A DNA stretch of 63,534 nt, the filler included, from Sphaeroforma arctica JP610 (lineage: Eukaryota), in assembly GCF_001186125.1 (NCBI RefSeq). It is 6 parts of 3 records of this genome, joined end to end, with 100 filler letters (N's around TTAATTAATTAA, not from the genome) between each part and the next. Parts side by side here need not be neighbours in the genome. Positions count along the whole stretch, not along the records: positions 1 to 13,762 come from NW_014040536.1; positions 13,863 to 28,572 come from NW_014040535.1; 4 more parts are not named here. One strand, 5' to 3'. Each line of letters opens with the position of its first letter. Position 1 is the first letter of the stretch. Below the pieces are notes generated by a model. The model was not told where the DNA came from, ran no database searches, and saw only the letters and a program-made list of their open reading frames with translations. The translations under genes and the position numbers were made by a program. Shown here one piece after another: positions 12,997-26,590 of the stretch.

Positions 12997-13539
12997 CGTA
13001 TTGTACAATAGTAAATAGTCCAGAGCATAGCAGTAGTAGTAAATATATATGTACCACTATTTAGTGGTGTTCAGACCCCAGGGAGAGAGTCCTGTGACTC
13101 CAGAGTCCAGACTCCAAAAGAGTTTTTTGTTTTGTTTTGTTTTTCAGTGGTAGGTGATAGGTCACCCGTCACCATACGAAATTTTCCGTCGATTCCCGAT
13201 TCCGGCGTTTCAGTTTCTGCATTTCCGAGAGCCAGAGTCTGGGACTCTGGCGGCCATGGTACTTTATTTTTTTGCTATATAGAGCTAGGAGTTTGAGAGC
13301 CAGACCCCAGAGCCAGGTCAGAGGACCTTGGTGTCTAAATTTAGAAGGCTACGGGCCTACGACCACGGTTTTTCAATTTTTTTGCCTTAGAGCTATATAG
13401 GTTCCAGTCTAAATAGCCTAATTATGAAATAAGGGTTTATATGGGCACCCTACTTTATAGATATTCATAATAGGACCATATAGTTTTATGGTATACATTT
13501 GGCCCGGGATTTCTTAACATATGTATGTATGTATACGTA

Positions 13540-13762
<223 letters not shown>

Positions 13763-13862
13763 NNNNNNNNNNNNNNNNNNNNNNNNNNNNNNNNNNNNNN
13801 NNNNNNTTAATTAATTAANNNNNNNNNNNNNNNNNNNNNNNNNNNNNNNNNNNNNNNNNNNN
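13763..13862. other. Artificial contig spacer (N-TTAATTAATTAA-N); others at ~28573-28672, ~38564-38664, ~58606-58704, ~60427-60526
   Basis: The same six-frame-stop 12-mer is embedded in N runs five times. Confidence 0.97.
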
Positions 13863-14199
13863 TATGCCTTTCCACAGGAGAGAAATTGTACATGAAATTG
13901 ATACGGAATGAACATTGGACCTTCTTGTATTTCGGATAAGGATTTCCTTTAGGATATTGTTGAGCCTACGAAATTGAATTGAAGCTGCGAATTTTTGTCC
14001 TTCGCACCCGTTTTCAGCGAGACGGAAGTGTTAGAACTTATGTTCAAATCGGCATGTTCGTTGAAGCTGACGTATATCCCATTCCACTTCATGTGGCATG
14101 GTGGGAGTGTCAGCATCCAAATACATTCAACGAGTATCGGGAATTTGGCATCCAATTCTCTTGTCTCGTCCTATACTTCCTTATTCAGTCTGTTGAGTA

Positions 14200-17100
14200 G
14201 TCCACGTGGAAGGTTTGTGTCCGAAGATCGCTTGCGAATGACTGACGCCCTGGTCGCATTGGAATGGAGACTTCGATGGTACGCAAACTGTTGAGCTATG
14301 CCAGCATTGTGCAGTGTATGTCTGAGCCGAGTGTGGTTGTGTATGTTCGTATACACCAGGCAATTACCAGGGTTACCGATGGTCTGGCAATCGACCCAGC
14401 TACGTGAGTAGAGTAGAGACAAGCCTGGCCTCTAGCCCAGTCATTGACCGTTGGCTTGGCATACTTGCGATGCAATATCACTGGGGCGATGAGGAAGATG
14501 CAGTGCGTGCGCGTCTATACGTGCAAACGTATCTATCAGATAGGCATTCACGTGGCAGCTGTTTGTATACGACACTAAGGGACTTTGGCATACCTGCACC
14601 CATCATCGACAAGGAGTTTCAGGTCAGACAGGACGCTCAAACAAAGGGTGTGGCGGATGGCCTTGCCGGGGGTCTGAAACGTACTCGTAGTGGAGTTGGT
14701 ACCTCTACCGATGTTGCTGGTGCTGGCATATCCAGCTGTCTCCCCGTATGTGAAGAGGACATCGGATCAAACCCCTGCGCGGCCGTTGTACTGTGTAGCG
14801 CAGGGACTGCCTCCAACAGTAGTTCTGTGCATGTTAGTGCTGCTAGCGGCAGCGCCATCACTTCTGCTTGTGATACCGCTACTACGGATGCCACTGCTAT
14901 CCCTGTTGATAGTTGTGTTGCCCAAGACGCGCCCATCATTCCAGCTCATGCCGTTGTCGCCAGCGACACAGCCAGCATTTCTGTGCATAGTAGCACTACA
15001 ACAGACATACCCATGCACACGGCAGCGTGCGACTCCTCAGCGAGCGGCATGGTTGCTATGGCAACGGCGGGTACTGACTGTCCTGTCAGGGGGATAAAAG
15101 CGTGCGAACCTACTAGGAGTAGTCCAGTCACTTGTGGTAGTACAGCTCCGAGTTTCTCTGTTAGTCATTCTGCTGCATTGGATATGACGAGCCGGGACAA
15201 AGTTGCTTCAAGTACCTCAGGTGCTGGTACTGATACAAATGAACCAGTTTCTGAGGGCAGTAGAAAGCGGGCCACTTCCAGTACTGACACTGCCGCAGAG
15301 GACACGGCACACATTGATGCTTATTCCATCGTGGGCAATCTACCCGTGAACAGTGATGCTGGTTCCATCGTGGGCAATCTACCCGTGAACAGCGATGCTG
15401 ATTCCATCGTGAGTACTCCATCTGTGGATGCGCTCCGCATGTGCTCGATGGTGGATAGTGCGAGCACCAGCGAGATCCCCGCGCAACCCACATACACCGA
15501 CCGTAGTGCAGTGGATATCCGCCCACCAGATCACCATGGCAACCGCCCACCAGATCACCATGGCAACCGCCCGACTGGCGTGATCGTGTGGACGGATGCG
15601 AATGTGGAGAAGGCCGTCGCGCTGATTTTCAGTTGGATCCACTTCCAGCGGTACATGGACGATACCAATGAGCTGCGTAGCACGCGCACGGGCAAGCGCG
15701 CGCATCTGGCGTACGCTAATGAGGCCGAGCGAGTGCAGAAACTGTGCGGTAAGCAGTTGGAGGTGTTAATGGACACTGTGCAGTCTGACGGGCCACAGTG
15801 GAGTGTGGCACTGAATGTGGTCATGGATTTGACAGAAGATGTGGTGTCGCCTGGGGAGTGGGGCTGTGGAACTACACGTGGTAGACAGACCCAAGGCTCT
15901 GAAGCACGAGCCAGCGGTACTGGCCACGGGGGAGGGGTGGTCGATCGCCTGGAGAGGGCGCAGAGTGCGGATGGGGTTGACACGGGTATGGTAGTGGCTA
16001 ACGACGCTGAAGACAGACCTAAGGATGGATCACATGTGGTAGTACTAGACAATTTTTTCAGTGAAGCGGAACGAATACAGCTCATGGATGTGCTCCACAC
16101 CCCAGGGTAGGTATTTGGTCGTGGGTGGCAGTTGCTTCGGAAGATGCGATCACGTGTGTATGGACCCTATAGAGGTGTATATGTGAAATTCGAGGGGTAC
16201 TCCCCTCGGTATAGTAAGTGAGAGATTCAGAGATAGGAACATACGCCATAATTATCCACAACCGATCTCACCAAAGATACCTGCGTTTATTTCAACGAGA
16301 TATACATGCAGTTAATATATGTATGTATACACGTTTCAATTGGTATACGTATGCAGATATTTTTAGATTTTATGTATTTGTATGCAAATTGAGATTTGTC
16401 TACGTATGTAGGTATATTTTAGTTTGAAGTATGTAGGTATATTTCTTTTTGTATACTTATGTACGTGTACTATTATTTGTATACCTTCGTACATATATTT
16501 CTTTTGTATACTTATATACGTATATTTTATTTTGTGAAGGTCTATTTAATTTGGTATACATATGTGCGTATATTGAGAGCTGTCTCTCTGGTATGTCTAT
16601 AAGCGTTCTTAGCAGTGCTGCTTGCGCAGTTTACCAGTTCGTCCTTGTCACTCTATCTCACTGTAACCTATCTGTCCCGACACTTAGCGCTAGCTGTGCG
16701 TTTGCGTAGTAGCAGTCATGTGTATTCTGTCTCCCGGTTCATCTCCGGCGCTGTTCTACTTGTCTGATATATATTCTTGTAGTATACTACAACCTAAGTG
16801 TACGCGTAGGCCCATGCCAGGGGCGGTAATGGAGCTCTGTGTAGGGGAGAGTGTAATGATTACCAGTTACTATTTTAGAATCCAGAACCAACCCCATTCT
16901 CCGTACGTGCTTGGGTGCGATGGGTGCTTGCAATAGGCTTGTTTTACAGCGTGCACACACATGTTTCGGCCTGTCTGAGCCCCAACTACGTCCAACACGC
17001 GAGTGCCTCACATCCCGAGGAATTGCTGACACGTATCGTCCAGCGTTGACGGCTACGACTGATTGGGTAGCTAGTTCATTCTGCTGCAGTGGCTTTCAAA

Positions 17101-19724
17101 TATAACCTGGTACGCCTGTTGATCCATTATCCAGTACTGACTGATCCAATAGACGTCACACCTTCTGTGCTTTTTATAGCTGGGACAAAGCCTGTGGACC
17201 CAACCCCGCCCATTGGGAGCGGATGACGTGCGATGCCGCAGGCTTGGCTCCTACGTGGGGACTCAAACAGCACATGCTCGATCGTCTTCTGGGTGAGGTG
17301 AGTCTACCTGTGGGGCTATTATCGCATAGTGTGGGTATTAGTGTCTGTACCCCACTTCACGTCATCATGTACATGACAGGAGCGGGTTTGCACATTTAGT
17401 TATCCGCAAATCCAAACTTGATGGTATGGGTGCACAGCGTCTCTGGAGACAATCGGATGCACTGACCACCGGGTAGTGTACTCTGGACCACATCGGTTAT
17501 AGTCCACTTCCCTAATGACTTCATGGTGTAGTGCTGTTGGTGTGGGTGCAGAGCGTCTCTGGAGACAATCGAACGCATTGACCACCGGGTGGTGCACTCC
17601 AGACCACATCGGTTATAGTCCACTTCCCTAATGACTTCACGGTGCAGTGTAACAATTGATCTTGCAGGCTTTTATGTTGGCAGTGTGCCGAACGGTCATA
17701 CGCAATGCCCTGTGGGTATTATACGACTCGCGTTAGATATGCACATGCACACAATCCGACAGTACAATCAGCCAATTTATGTAAGCAGTCAGTCTTCATA
17801 GAAGGGTGTGTCCAGAGTGCTCTGTTGTTGCCATCTATCTCTTGTGCGTAGCTTACGGAATGACCCTGTTGCCATCTTTTGGGTTCTCAGTGCTACCTAC
17901 CGCGAGTAGGATTTGCAGATTTGTGTTAAATGTGCATTCTTTGACCCTTACCGATATGAACACAGGACACTCTTGGACCTCCGCCCGGTCCTATTCTCGC
18001 CATCCAAACTCGACTGACGCAACTGTACCCAGACTATAGAATCAGACACATTCCCCACCACACGTCCACTGGTATGTATGTACTTGACCGCTCGCTCCTA
18101 GTGTGTGTATGTGTGTGTGTGTGTGTTTGTGATCCAAACTCTGCTACTCGATTACCATCCACACGCCTCAACATGTTTTGGGTTTGATCTCGGATGAAGT
18201 ATTCCTTGTACAGTACCATCTGTCCCTACTGTTGACATGCTGTTCGTGGGCACTGACTACAGAACATGCGAACTACTCGTCCCATCCGTTTGTGGGCAAC
18301 GCCACTGTGCATGGAGACCATTTTGAATGGCATGTGGATGCTGACCCAGTGTTTCTGCCGGGGCATGGGCATCAGAATCGCACGCGCGGCAAACCTTACT
18401 TCGTCACACTCATGCTGTACTTGAACGACGAATGGCTCAGCGAATGGAAGGCCGAGACCGAGTTCTTGGACCTGACCACGGTAGGTATTTATTGTCTGCT
18501 TCTGCTAGTTCGTATTAAAGGCCGGAATACTATTTCTGTTGTGGGTTGCTACGGCATAAGAGGGTGGGTGGCCACCTTGCGAAGGTATTGAAGAGCCTGT
18601 AGTTGATTGAAATGTATCCCTACCCATTGTAAATACATCGTATTGGCATGCCTCTCGGCTTTCGCTATGCAGAACGGCGTGGTCAGTGTGCAACCGAAGC
18701 CTCGACGGGCAGTACTCATGGACCAGGACATCTCACATAGGGCCAGTGCCCCATCAGCTGCCGCAGGTAAGAGGCCATCCGGCATTTATCGTGCACACAA
18801 GAGCCTGCCTTGTGTATCTCTATTGTAGTCTGTGTGACCTGAGTTTGTGAATTGCGTAGGGGTCTGTATACTTTCCGAGCCCACTGGCACTGCGCTGGTC
18901 TCGTTCTTAAGTGTTGATTTCTCTGAGCATGAATTGCGCTTCGTCTTACAGTCATTCCCGATTTGTCTCTCCCTTGTCGCAACAAGCATACACTGAAGCG
19001 CTGCACTAATGGGTGTTTATCCGTGTGGTTTATTCATAGTTATCACTCGTTGTATCAAGGTATTCGCATATATCTATAGTAGTCGCGCCCTCATCTATGG
19101 CGCAATTGGAATTGGGCGTGTAGTCAATCAGGTTTCGAATTTAGTCTGGGTTTGGCTGGGGCTCGCGCCGATAGCGGCTCTTTGAATGCATTGGCAACAC
19201 TTATCACGATTGGAAAACTAAATGTAGTCACTGTAGATGCAATCCTTTAAGAAGTGCGTGGTAGCTTGTGTAACATGTAGTGGTGGATTGGCTCGAGAAT
19301 GGCACGTCCTCATACCGTGTCGTAAGATTACTACGCGTGATCAGTCAGATGAGTCGGATACACATTCAGGACATTTCAGGTACACTCGAATCACTCAAGT
19401 GGTGAATTATTAGTGTCGCCCCTGTAGAATTCGTTGGTCTTTGCACAGTTGGTACATTTATACAAATCACTCAGCTTGCATACGCAAAGTGCCTAACAAC
19501 GTGCATCTTAGAAGTGTAGGTATGTGCCAAAGAACCTCCAACCATACCTACAAAATATAGAATATAGCTATATTCACACGAATCTTGTCTTCATAATTTG
19601 TATTCCAGGCACTCGAGCGCGCTACTCATTAGTGTGGAAGCTTATATTCCTTCCGAAGCATGTTGATAAGGCGTGCTCAATCGCACATGAAGATTTTGGG
19701 CCGGTGAATTATGTTAAAATGTGA
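14200..19724 (+). CDS. 2-oxoglutarate/Fe(II)-dependent oxygenase (prolyl-4-hydroxylase-like catalytic domain) with long Ser/Thr/Ala-rich insert; 5' end uncertain
   Basis: Exons ~14200-14278 (tentative), 14400-16106, 17180-17297, 17966-18071, 18263-18480, 18673-18766 and 19609-19724 are phase-consistent. Motifs: FEWHVDADP (HxD), TLMLYLNDEW, VQPKPRRAVLMDQDISH (distal His) and RYSLVWK (2OG-binding Arg). Confidence 0.88.
17428..17650. repeat. Intronic tandem duplication, ~116-bp unit x2
   Basis: gggtgca(c/g)agcgtctctggagacaatc...ccacatcggttatagtccacttccctaatgacttca occurs at ~17428 and ~17544. Confidence 0.9.
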
Positions 19725-22622
19725 CGGAATTTGTTGTACAACTGGTATGGCCCAATAACGTTGAGGAAAGTATCGATATTGTTTGCTGTGCAAAATTGAA
19801 TGCCCGCTGACGGACAATGACGGCGACAGGGTTGGTCTCGCAAAAGCAATAAACGCGCTAGTATTGCTACATTTGGTCTTATTGGGTGTGATAACCGATT
19901 GTGGTAACTTTACTCAACTGGAATATCCAGGCAGATAAGTAGCTAGCACTTGCAAACATCTGAATATCATCTATGTGTTCAAATTAACTCTTAGAACTCG
20001 AAGGCCTCCTTAAAGTGAGGGTTAAGATCCTGTCATATGCAAAGGTCTCAGACTCTTATCATTTACACGATTGGATTTACACAATGTATATTTCAATTTT
20101 ACTATTTTTACTATTTTTGAATGTGTTTTCAAATGTAGACAATTTTTGTCCAAACCTATAAAGAACTTCGGCACTGCACTCAGAAGCTCGGAGCCCACAC
20201 TCTAATTTTCTACACGCATCGAGTACTACAAAGCTAGCGAGCCAAATCTCTAATGAGCTGGTCTTTGGGTTAGCACGTATAAGATGTGCATTTTACAATC
20301 AATATACATATATGGAAATATACAAAATGTTTCGAGAGGAGACGTAAAATGTATGTGGAGAATCAATACATGCTTGTTTAGAGTGTGCTCTACTTTAAAC
20401 TATTGTGCATGCTTCAACCCAATTGTTAGTCACTGATGTAACTGTTGCATAAAAAAACCTGCTAGTGTTTTGAAGTCGACACCATCAACCCTCGTAGGGA
20501 AAACGATTAAAGCTATGCTAAAACAAAATTAGCCTAATTTTCTGCTAAGAGGTTGAACTGCGATTGAATCTTATAATGGAGGCTATTAACCCCACTTTAG
20601 AGTACCATTGAGAGAACTTCAGAAATAGTTTATTAGTCTAGCTATCAAGATAACTTGCTAATAGCTGCGAGACAAAACTAAAAATGTCGAGAAAATGTTT
20701 TCGGAGTAATCGCCCTTGCATTTTCGACGGTAGTCCAGATTCCAAAGAACCATCATAGTCCGATTCAACCTAACAGTAGAAGTATTTTTCTTTACTACTG
20801 TGTCAGACTTGTCTTTAAAAGGGGTTACGAGGTCGTACCCTGCGAGGTAGTTTGTTTTCTATTTTCTATTATAATTTAAAAAATAGAAAATTCTTCTCCA
20901 GTAAGAGGAGAGTTTCAAAGTACAATAACCAGAAGCTCAAATAAATCTATATGTGCCAGAAGACTGGTCACTGGAGCTGTCTGATACCGGATAGTAAGGG
21001 GTTGGAAGTATAAGTGATGTGTGTGTGTAATTTTTTTATAAGGTATACACCAGTGGACTATAGTTTTATAGGTAAGGTAAAATGTTAAATATAAATGGAT
21101 TAGAGATCCCATGCTATCTTGTGGCTATGGGCTAGAAAAAGTGCTATGAAAAAGATGCTATATAAAGTGAAGGTGCATAAGTGGCGGGCAAGCTCATGGC
21201 GAGGTTAGTAGGTATCCCTCCTCAGATGTGTGAATATATGTTCAAAATATTATTTAAAAAATATCTTAGAAGTATCTGTGGAGTATTCGTGTAGTAGATT
21301 TATGATAAAAATATGCGGTGGTAGTTGGATCGTCTGACTTGGGGGAAGGGGTGGGTACTGTATTGTGCTTTAATACGCTTCAATCGTACCCATGGTTCCT
21401 TATTGATGACAGGGTTTGTCCATCGTATCCCCAGATTCTCGGCCTTCTAAAGTCTACCATATTGCAGTGTAACCTAGTCTGTTTCGTTTTAAGTTGATAC
21501 GAGCCAATTAAATCTTTTGCCACATACCTTACTCACTTTTATCCCACTTTTCTCTCTCTCCAGCTCTCATCTCACTACAAATCGTACCTAACTTGCATTT
21601 GTATATATCCACCAACTTTACTCTCATTTGGTACCTATATCCTTTTGGTACGCTGCAGAGGCCTTCAATTATGGTATGACTTGCACCCATACTATGCGAA
21701 AGAGTGATCCTCAGATGAGTGCGTTTATTAAAAAACTACAAAAAAAAATCATACTTTTACTAAGTCGTCAACAAATTTTTACGCTAGATCTGAATTTTAT
21801 TTCTAAACTAATGTCCCTGAATATTTTAGTCGAAACATATATTGGGCTAGAATATGGGCTGTCGGCATTGCCTATATTTACTATGCAACCATTTAACGAA
21901 GTATTATCAGAGTAAACTTTTTCTACTTGCAAAATTCATATTATCTGGAACAACACTATTACTTTTTAGTACTAGATAAATATCAATAATTTAGGGGTGT
22001 GACCGTTCTGCGAAAATGATTACTGCACGCGCTTATAAGACTACACCTACACTTATTGGGCAAACTAATTACTACGTCTTCTGGTGCTGTGATATTAAAC
22101 TTTATTAGGGATAATATATTTATATTAGGCTATAGGTGTCGAATTAGACCTAAGAGGGACCTCAAAGGGGCACAAAAGCATATACATTCGCCTCTTGGCC
22201 ATCTCGTGATACATGGGTAGATGGTAAATACAGTATCCAGGATAGTTCTAAAATAAGTCCTAGTCTAAAAGTAGAACAAGTAAAATAGTAAATTATGATG
22301 ATGAGAATAGCACATATTGGAGGACTTAAAGAAAAGTGTCATAGTTTTCTGATTCCTGGGTAAAGGGTTATATAAATCAACTTGGGCAGGAATTCACCAC
22401 TCTAGCGGTGGGGTAGGGGGTATACGCTCTCCACTGACAGCACTCGTATATACAACTCCCTTTATCACCACTATATGTATATTATATAAACATGACTCAC
22501 CTAGGGGTTGTGCTGTTAACTGATTCACAACGAAGAGTTGGGAATGGATTGGTTTATCATGCTAGTTGGTTTGCGGGGTTATTACATTCCATCAATCAGC
22601 CGTTAAAATATCAACCGCTCAT

Positions 22623-23339
22623 TTAAAGCGTGTGCTCGTGTTGATCGCTACACTGCAAACACTTTTTGTTCGTGTCAATTGAATGATGCGAACTTCTAAT
22701 GTACTTGCATCGGATGAAACAATTTATCCGGTACGGCGTACTCGTATTGATTTTACTTTGGTTTCCAGCGAAACAATCTGCAGATAATTTCAAACTGGTG
22801 TAAGTCTAATGTTTCAGTAGTGTTGAGAAGTTATTTCCGTTCTGCACTCGTATCTTCTTGAGTTCCAAGGTTAGTTTGAAATCCTGTATGAATTCCGCCA
22901 CTAAACCAATAAGTGTGGCCTGTCGTTTCAACGTTGACGACGTTACCTTGGATTTGTTTCAACGTGAATGGGCGGAAATTGTAAAATTCTTTAATCGTAA
23001 AAACTCGTCCTGAACAGCGTCCTTCTGCGTATCGTACCAAGAATTCAGTGAGCAGGGCCGTGTGTGAAGACCCTTTGGGAAAGTCACTTCCTCGATGAAA
23101 TCAATATTTACCAGATTCTTGGATTACGCGGTCGATATATTGGCTTCGGCAGGGCGCACTCTGTCTTGTAAAGCGGTGGCAAATTCTAGATTTGATGTCC
23201 TCCCGAGTGAGGGCTTTATGAGGTATAGCCTCGAAGGGCCGTCGGTTGAAACTAAGTAGCCCGTACGATCGAATTCTTCTTGAGCCTGACGTTGTCCTAG
23301 AAGTCGTTGAACGATAACGGCCTGAGCGTCTTCGTTCAT
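22623..23339 (-). pseudogene. Decayed ORF, possibly non-LTR retrotransposon ORF1 (gag-like)
   Basis: The frame of ORF 23339-23124 continues through stops and ends in PYRINCFIRCKYIRSSHHSIDTNKKCLQCSDQHEH, resembling degenerate tandem zinc knuckles. No RT found. Confidence 0.3.
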
Positions 23340-25271
23340 TCTAGAGGAAAATGAATAGGTGTATGATTTGGAATGACCTTCACTTCGACAAAATAGTGAG
23401 TAAATGATAATAAGATGAATGCAATCTCGGATTACATGCAGTCTAATATACTATACTGTAGTAGAATGGAATAGTATAGTAGACATTTCGGTGATCGTTG
23501 TGGCTCCAAAATTAATTAATGCTAAGTTACCTAATTAGTGACGGAGTCATTAGTTATGTAGCACATCGCAATTAATTTAGAAACCAGTCACTAGAACATC
23601 TAAAACCATCTCTGACTACTATGACCCGCACCCAGAACAACACCGCAGTGACAGAATAGTAAATACGTGTATTGGAAGTTCGCACCCAACAGACGAGTAT
23701 TACCCGGTACCGAGATACTGACCCATAAACTTTCGTGTAGGCCTCGATTAAAAAACACTATGTATGTTGGTCATAGGACTCAAGTGATTTGCTAACATGC
23801 AGTGAGTCTCTTTTTCACAACGACACGGAAACATCTACTTATCGATGCATTGGAATGAAATCATATGCAGTATAAAATAGCGTAGACTAAACCTGGAAAC
23901 TACAATACGGATTAAGATACAATATCCTCAAATATACAACTGGTTAAGCAGAAATTAAAAACGTGGGACAAATTGTTCTGTATACTTTGTCGTGTGGACA
24001 TATTTTTGAAAGTAAACCGGATTCCCGGGTGTTATATCTGTAGAATCACACTCACAGTAATATGATACCTATAAACAAATCAATAAGTATTGATAAATAT
24101 TTATCCACTGTAAAATGTATTATTATGAAGTTCTAAGAATGTCAGAATCAGCACATTTTCCATTACTGAAATCGTCATATTGGCCGAGCGTATAAACTCT
24201 CCTTTCTTATCACGTTCCTTTAAGTTTGACATAATTCGATTATGTGTTTACTCTAGTGCTCTCATGAAATTAATCTGTCGCCTTTAACACTTGGATGATT
24301 GTGTCGAAAGGATTTGGATCCACCAGTGATGATATATTCTTGTCCAGGTCAATACTTTGTGTCAGATCAAAGGACATACGTTTTTGAAATCGTCGTCTAA
24401 CCATCGAGCTGAAGTTTCACGTGGGTCTGTGATTCTGGTAGCTTGCTGATGCCGAGATTCATAAACTCTCCTTGATGAAGAATTTACACGTAGTACACCA
24501 TTCAAAATAAAAATCTATGTTGCTTCACGAGTACCGCACATAGTTCAAGATTTTTCTTTCCTATTGGATATAGCCATACAACAAAAATGATCACAGTCAT
24601 TACTCCGAAGATAGCAAGAAATTACCAGCTACTTCTGAGATCCTTAGAGACTTCAAAGTATACAACACAGTTAATGAGCAAAAGAGGAAATTGCGATATA
24701 TTAAGGCTAGTGTAACCTTTTATCGTTTTGTGGTGAAATTGTAATGTTATAAGGGCTCACCAAAATATTTACTTCAGACGACGAGCCCGTGTTGAAAACG
24801 ATACTGTACAATTGAAATTTAGAATTGGAACACCGCGCATCCTATGAACAACGCTAGTTCTCAATTTCACAGCGGCGTGCGGCTTCGACGAATCAGGCTG
24901 AACGCGGCTTTGAGATGAATTGTAATCTTACAAGCACAAGGACACTCAACCCATCATGCAACGAATATACTGTGAGTCAGTAGTTAGTCATTATATGCAA
25001 GAGATAAATCATGTATTCGTGTTCATATGAGACTGCTATGTTCATTTTCGAGAATAACGTCCTTATTGTTCATAACGTTTACGCCTTTAGGTTGTAATAG
25101 ATATAATATTCTAAAAATAGCACATATCGGCAAAAAATCCGGCGTAGCTGATTTTGGTTCTGGTTGTTTGATAATACACGACACGTATAAACTGTTTAGA
25201 AACACATTTAAGATGCCTGTACGCACTGCCACCTATAAGCATACACACACTCGATAACGACTTAGTTCACT

Positions 25272-26521
25272 ATGACAGCCTGCGCGGCATCTTACTGTAG
25301 GGAAAAAAACTGCAAACAACAAACAGAAACCAATCCCGACAAAGGCACAAACGACCTTGTAAAACTACGAAGATAGATAAAGAGACTAGGACGTTTGATA
25401 AATGGTATAAAGAGCAAAGAGTTTGCAGGCAAGAGGTTGGAAGTGTGTGAGAAGCACTTTCAGTCGATATATATTTTTAGTCGTGGCGACAAAGAGACGA
25501 AATTGACAGACGATGCCGTATGGAGGAATGACATTGTCACTTATCAAAGCTTAAAGAGAGACAGCTATACGATACAGGACAATATAAAATTAGCACTATT
25601 ACCATCGAAAAAGGATATTCAAGACCAAGAACATCTATTGCCAAGTCAAATCAAGCGAGCAACAAAGCCTACGAACATAAATGATGGTGTATTGGCTAAT
25701 AGTGTTTTACATGCCACCATCGCCAGGCTATAGAAAGAGATTGTATTGTTTTAACAAGAGCGTGAAACACTCTATGCTGCACTCGCTAAGGCTTGCTCAC
25801 AGGTATACGATTTATAGCTATTAACTGTCGAGGATGCGATATAAATTATGCTAAATCTGAAATACATGCGGAGACGGCTGATATGCAGAAACCAGTAGAA
25901 AGTTGTCTTAAATCTAATTGTATCAAGCTTTAAAGTAAGATCAAACAAGTGAAGCAGGACAGTAATAATAGTCAAATAAATTCATCACTAGTTCACATAT
26001 CCTAACTCGCCTCTGGACTAGGTTCCTAGCATCCAATGCATACGCTATATTTATGCAATTCGTTAAGGATGAAATGGGAAAGTATAATCCTGGACGTCAA
26101 AGCTTGAATTTTGAAGATGCAATCATCATGTGGTTTGTTAAAGTGCACAAAGGGCTGTAAGGACAGTAAAATGTTGCAGTATCTGTTTAATTTGGTTGGG
26201 CACATACGGTATCGAACATCTGCCATGATGTTAATGATATACTGGATGAATTCTCTAAGCGGCCTGCTTATGATCCGATTGCTCGTTTCAACCACAATTG
26301 TTTATTTTGCTGCGACAAGGACTATGATGAGTATAGAAATATAGCACTAGTCATCGGCGCAATTCGTCGGTGAGCAAAATAAAGCAACAATAGAATTGTT
26401 GCCGTAAGAAACTAAGAGTTCACATAGAGAGTGTCAATCGTCAAGCAAAGCTTTTTGAGAAGCTTTCAAGAGACGTGGATGTTATTGATGTTCCCTTCTT
26501 TTGTAAGGCGGTCATATTCTG
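25272..26521 (+). mobile_element. Decayed THAP-domain DDE_Tnp_4 transposase (ISL2EU/PIF-Harbinger-like), internally deleted
   Basis: THAP: MTACAASYC...P...LRR*I (stop at the conserved Trp, 25374)...VCEKHF...KLTDDAV. A coiled coil follows, then an HTH_Tnp_4-like segment (RLWTRF...GRQSLNFEDAIIMWFVKVHKGL...LQYLFNL...TVSNICH), IALVIG at the first catalytic Asp position, and a C-terminal NRIVA-KLRVHIESVNRQAKLFEKL glutamate motif. Confidence 0.75.
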
Positions 26522-26590
26522 ATTCTTTTTAATTGATACAATATCACACATTGTGGGACAATAAATCATAAGAAAATAAAGTGATACTTA

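Noticed and set aside
13807..13818. TTAATTAATTAA palindrome repeated five times in the window
   Set aside because: Always embedded in N runs; it is a synthetic six-frame-stop contig linker, not biology.
14286..14297. In-frame TGT-TGA (possible Cys-Sec) at the end of ORF 13995-14294
   Set aside because: A GT donor at ~14279 places it in a probable intron, and no SECIS was identified.
21436..21450. ttctcggcctt matching the U2 snRNA 5' end
   Set aside because: Only 11 nt; the branch-point-pairing region and the rest of U2 are absent.
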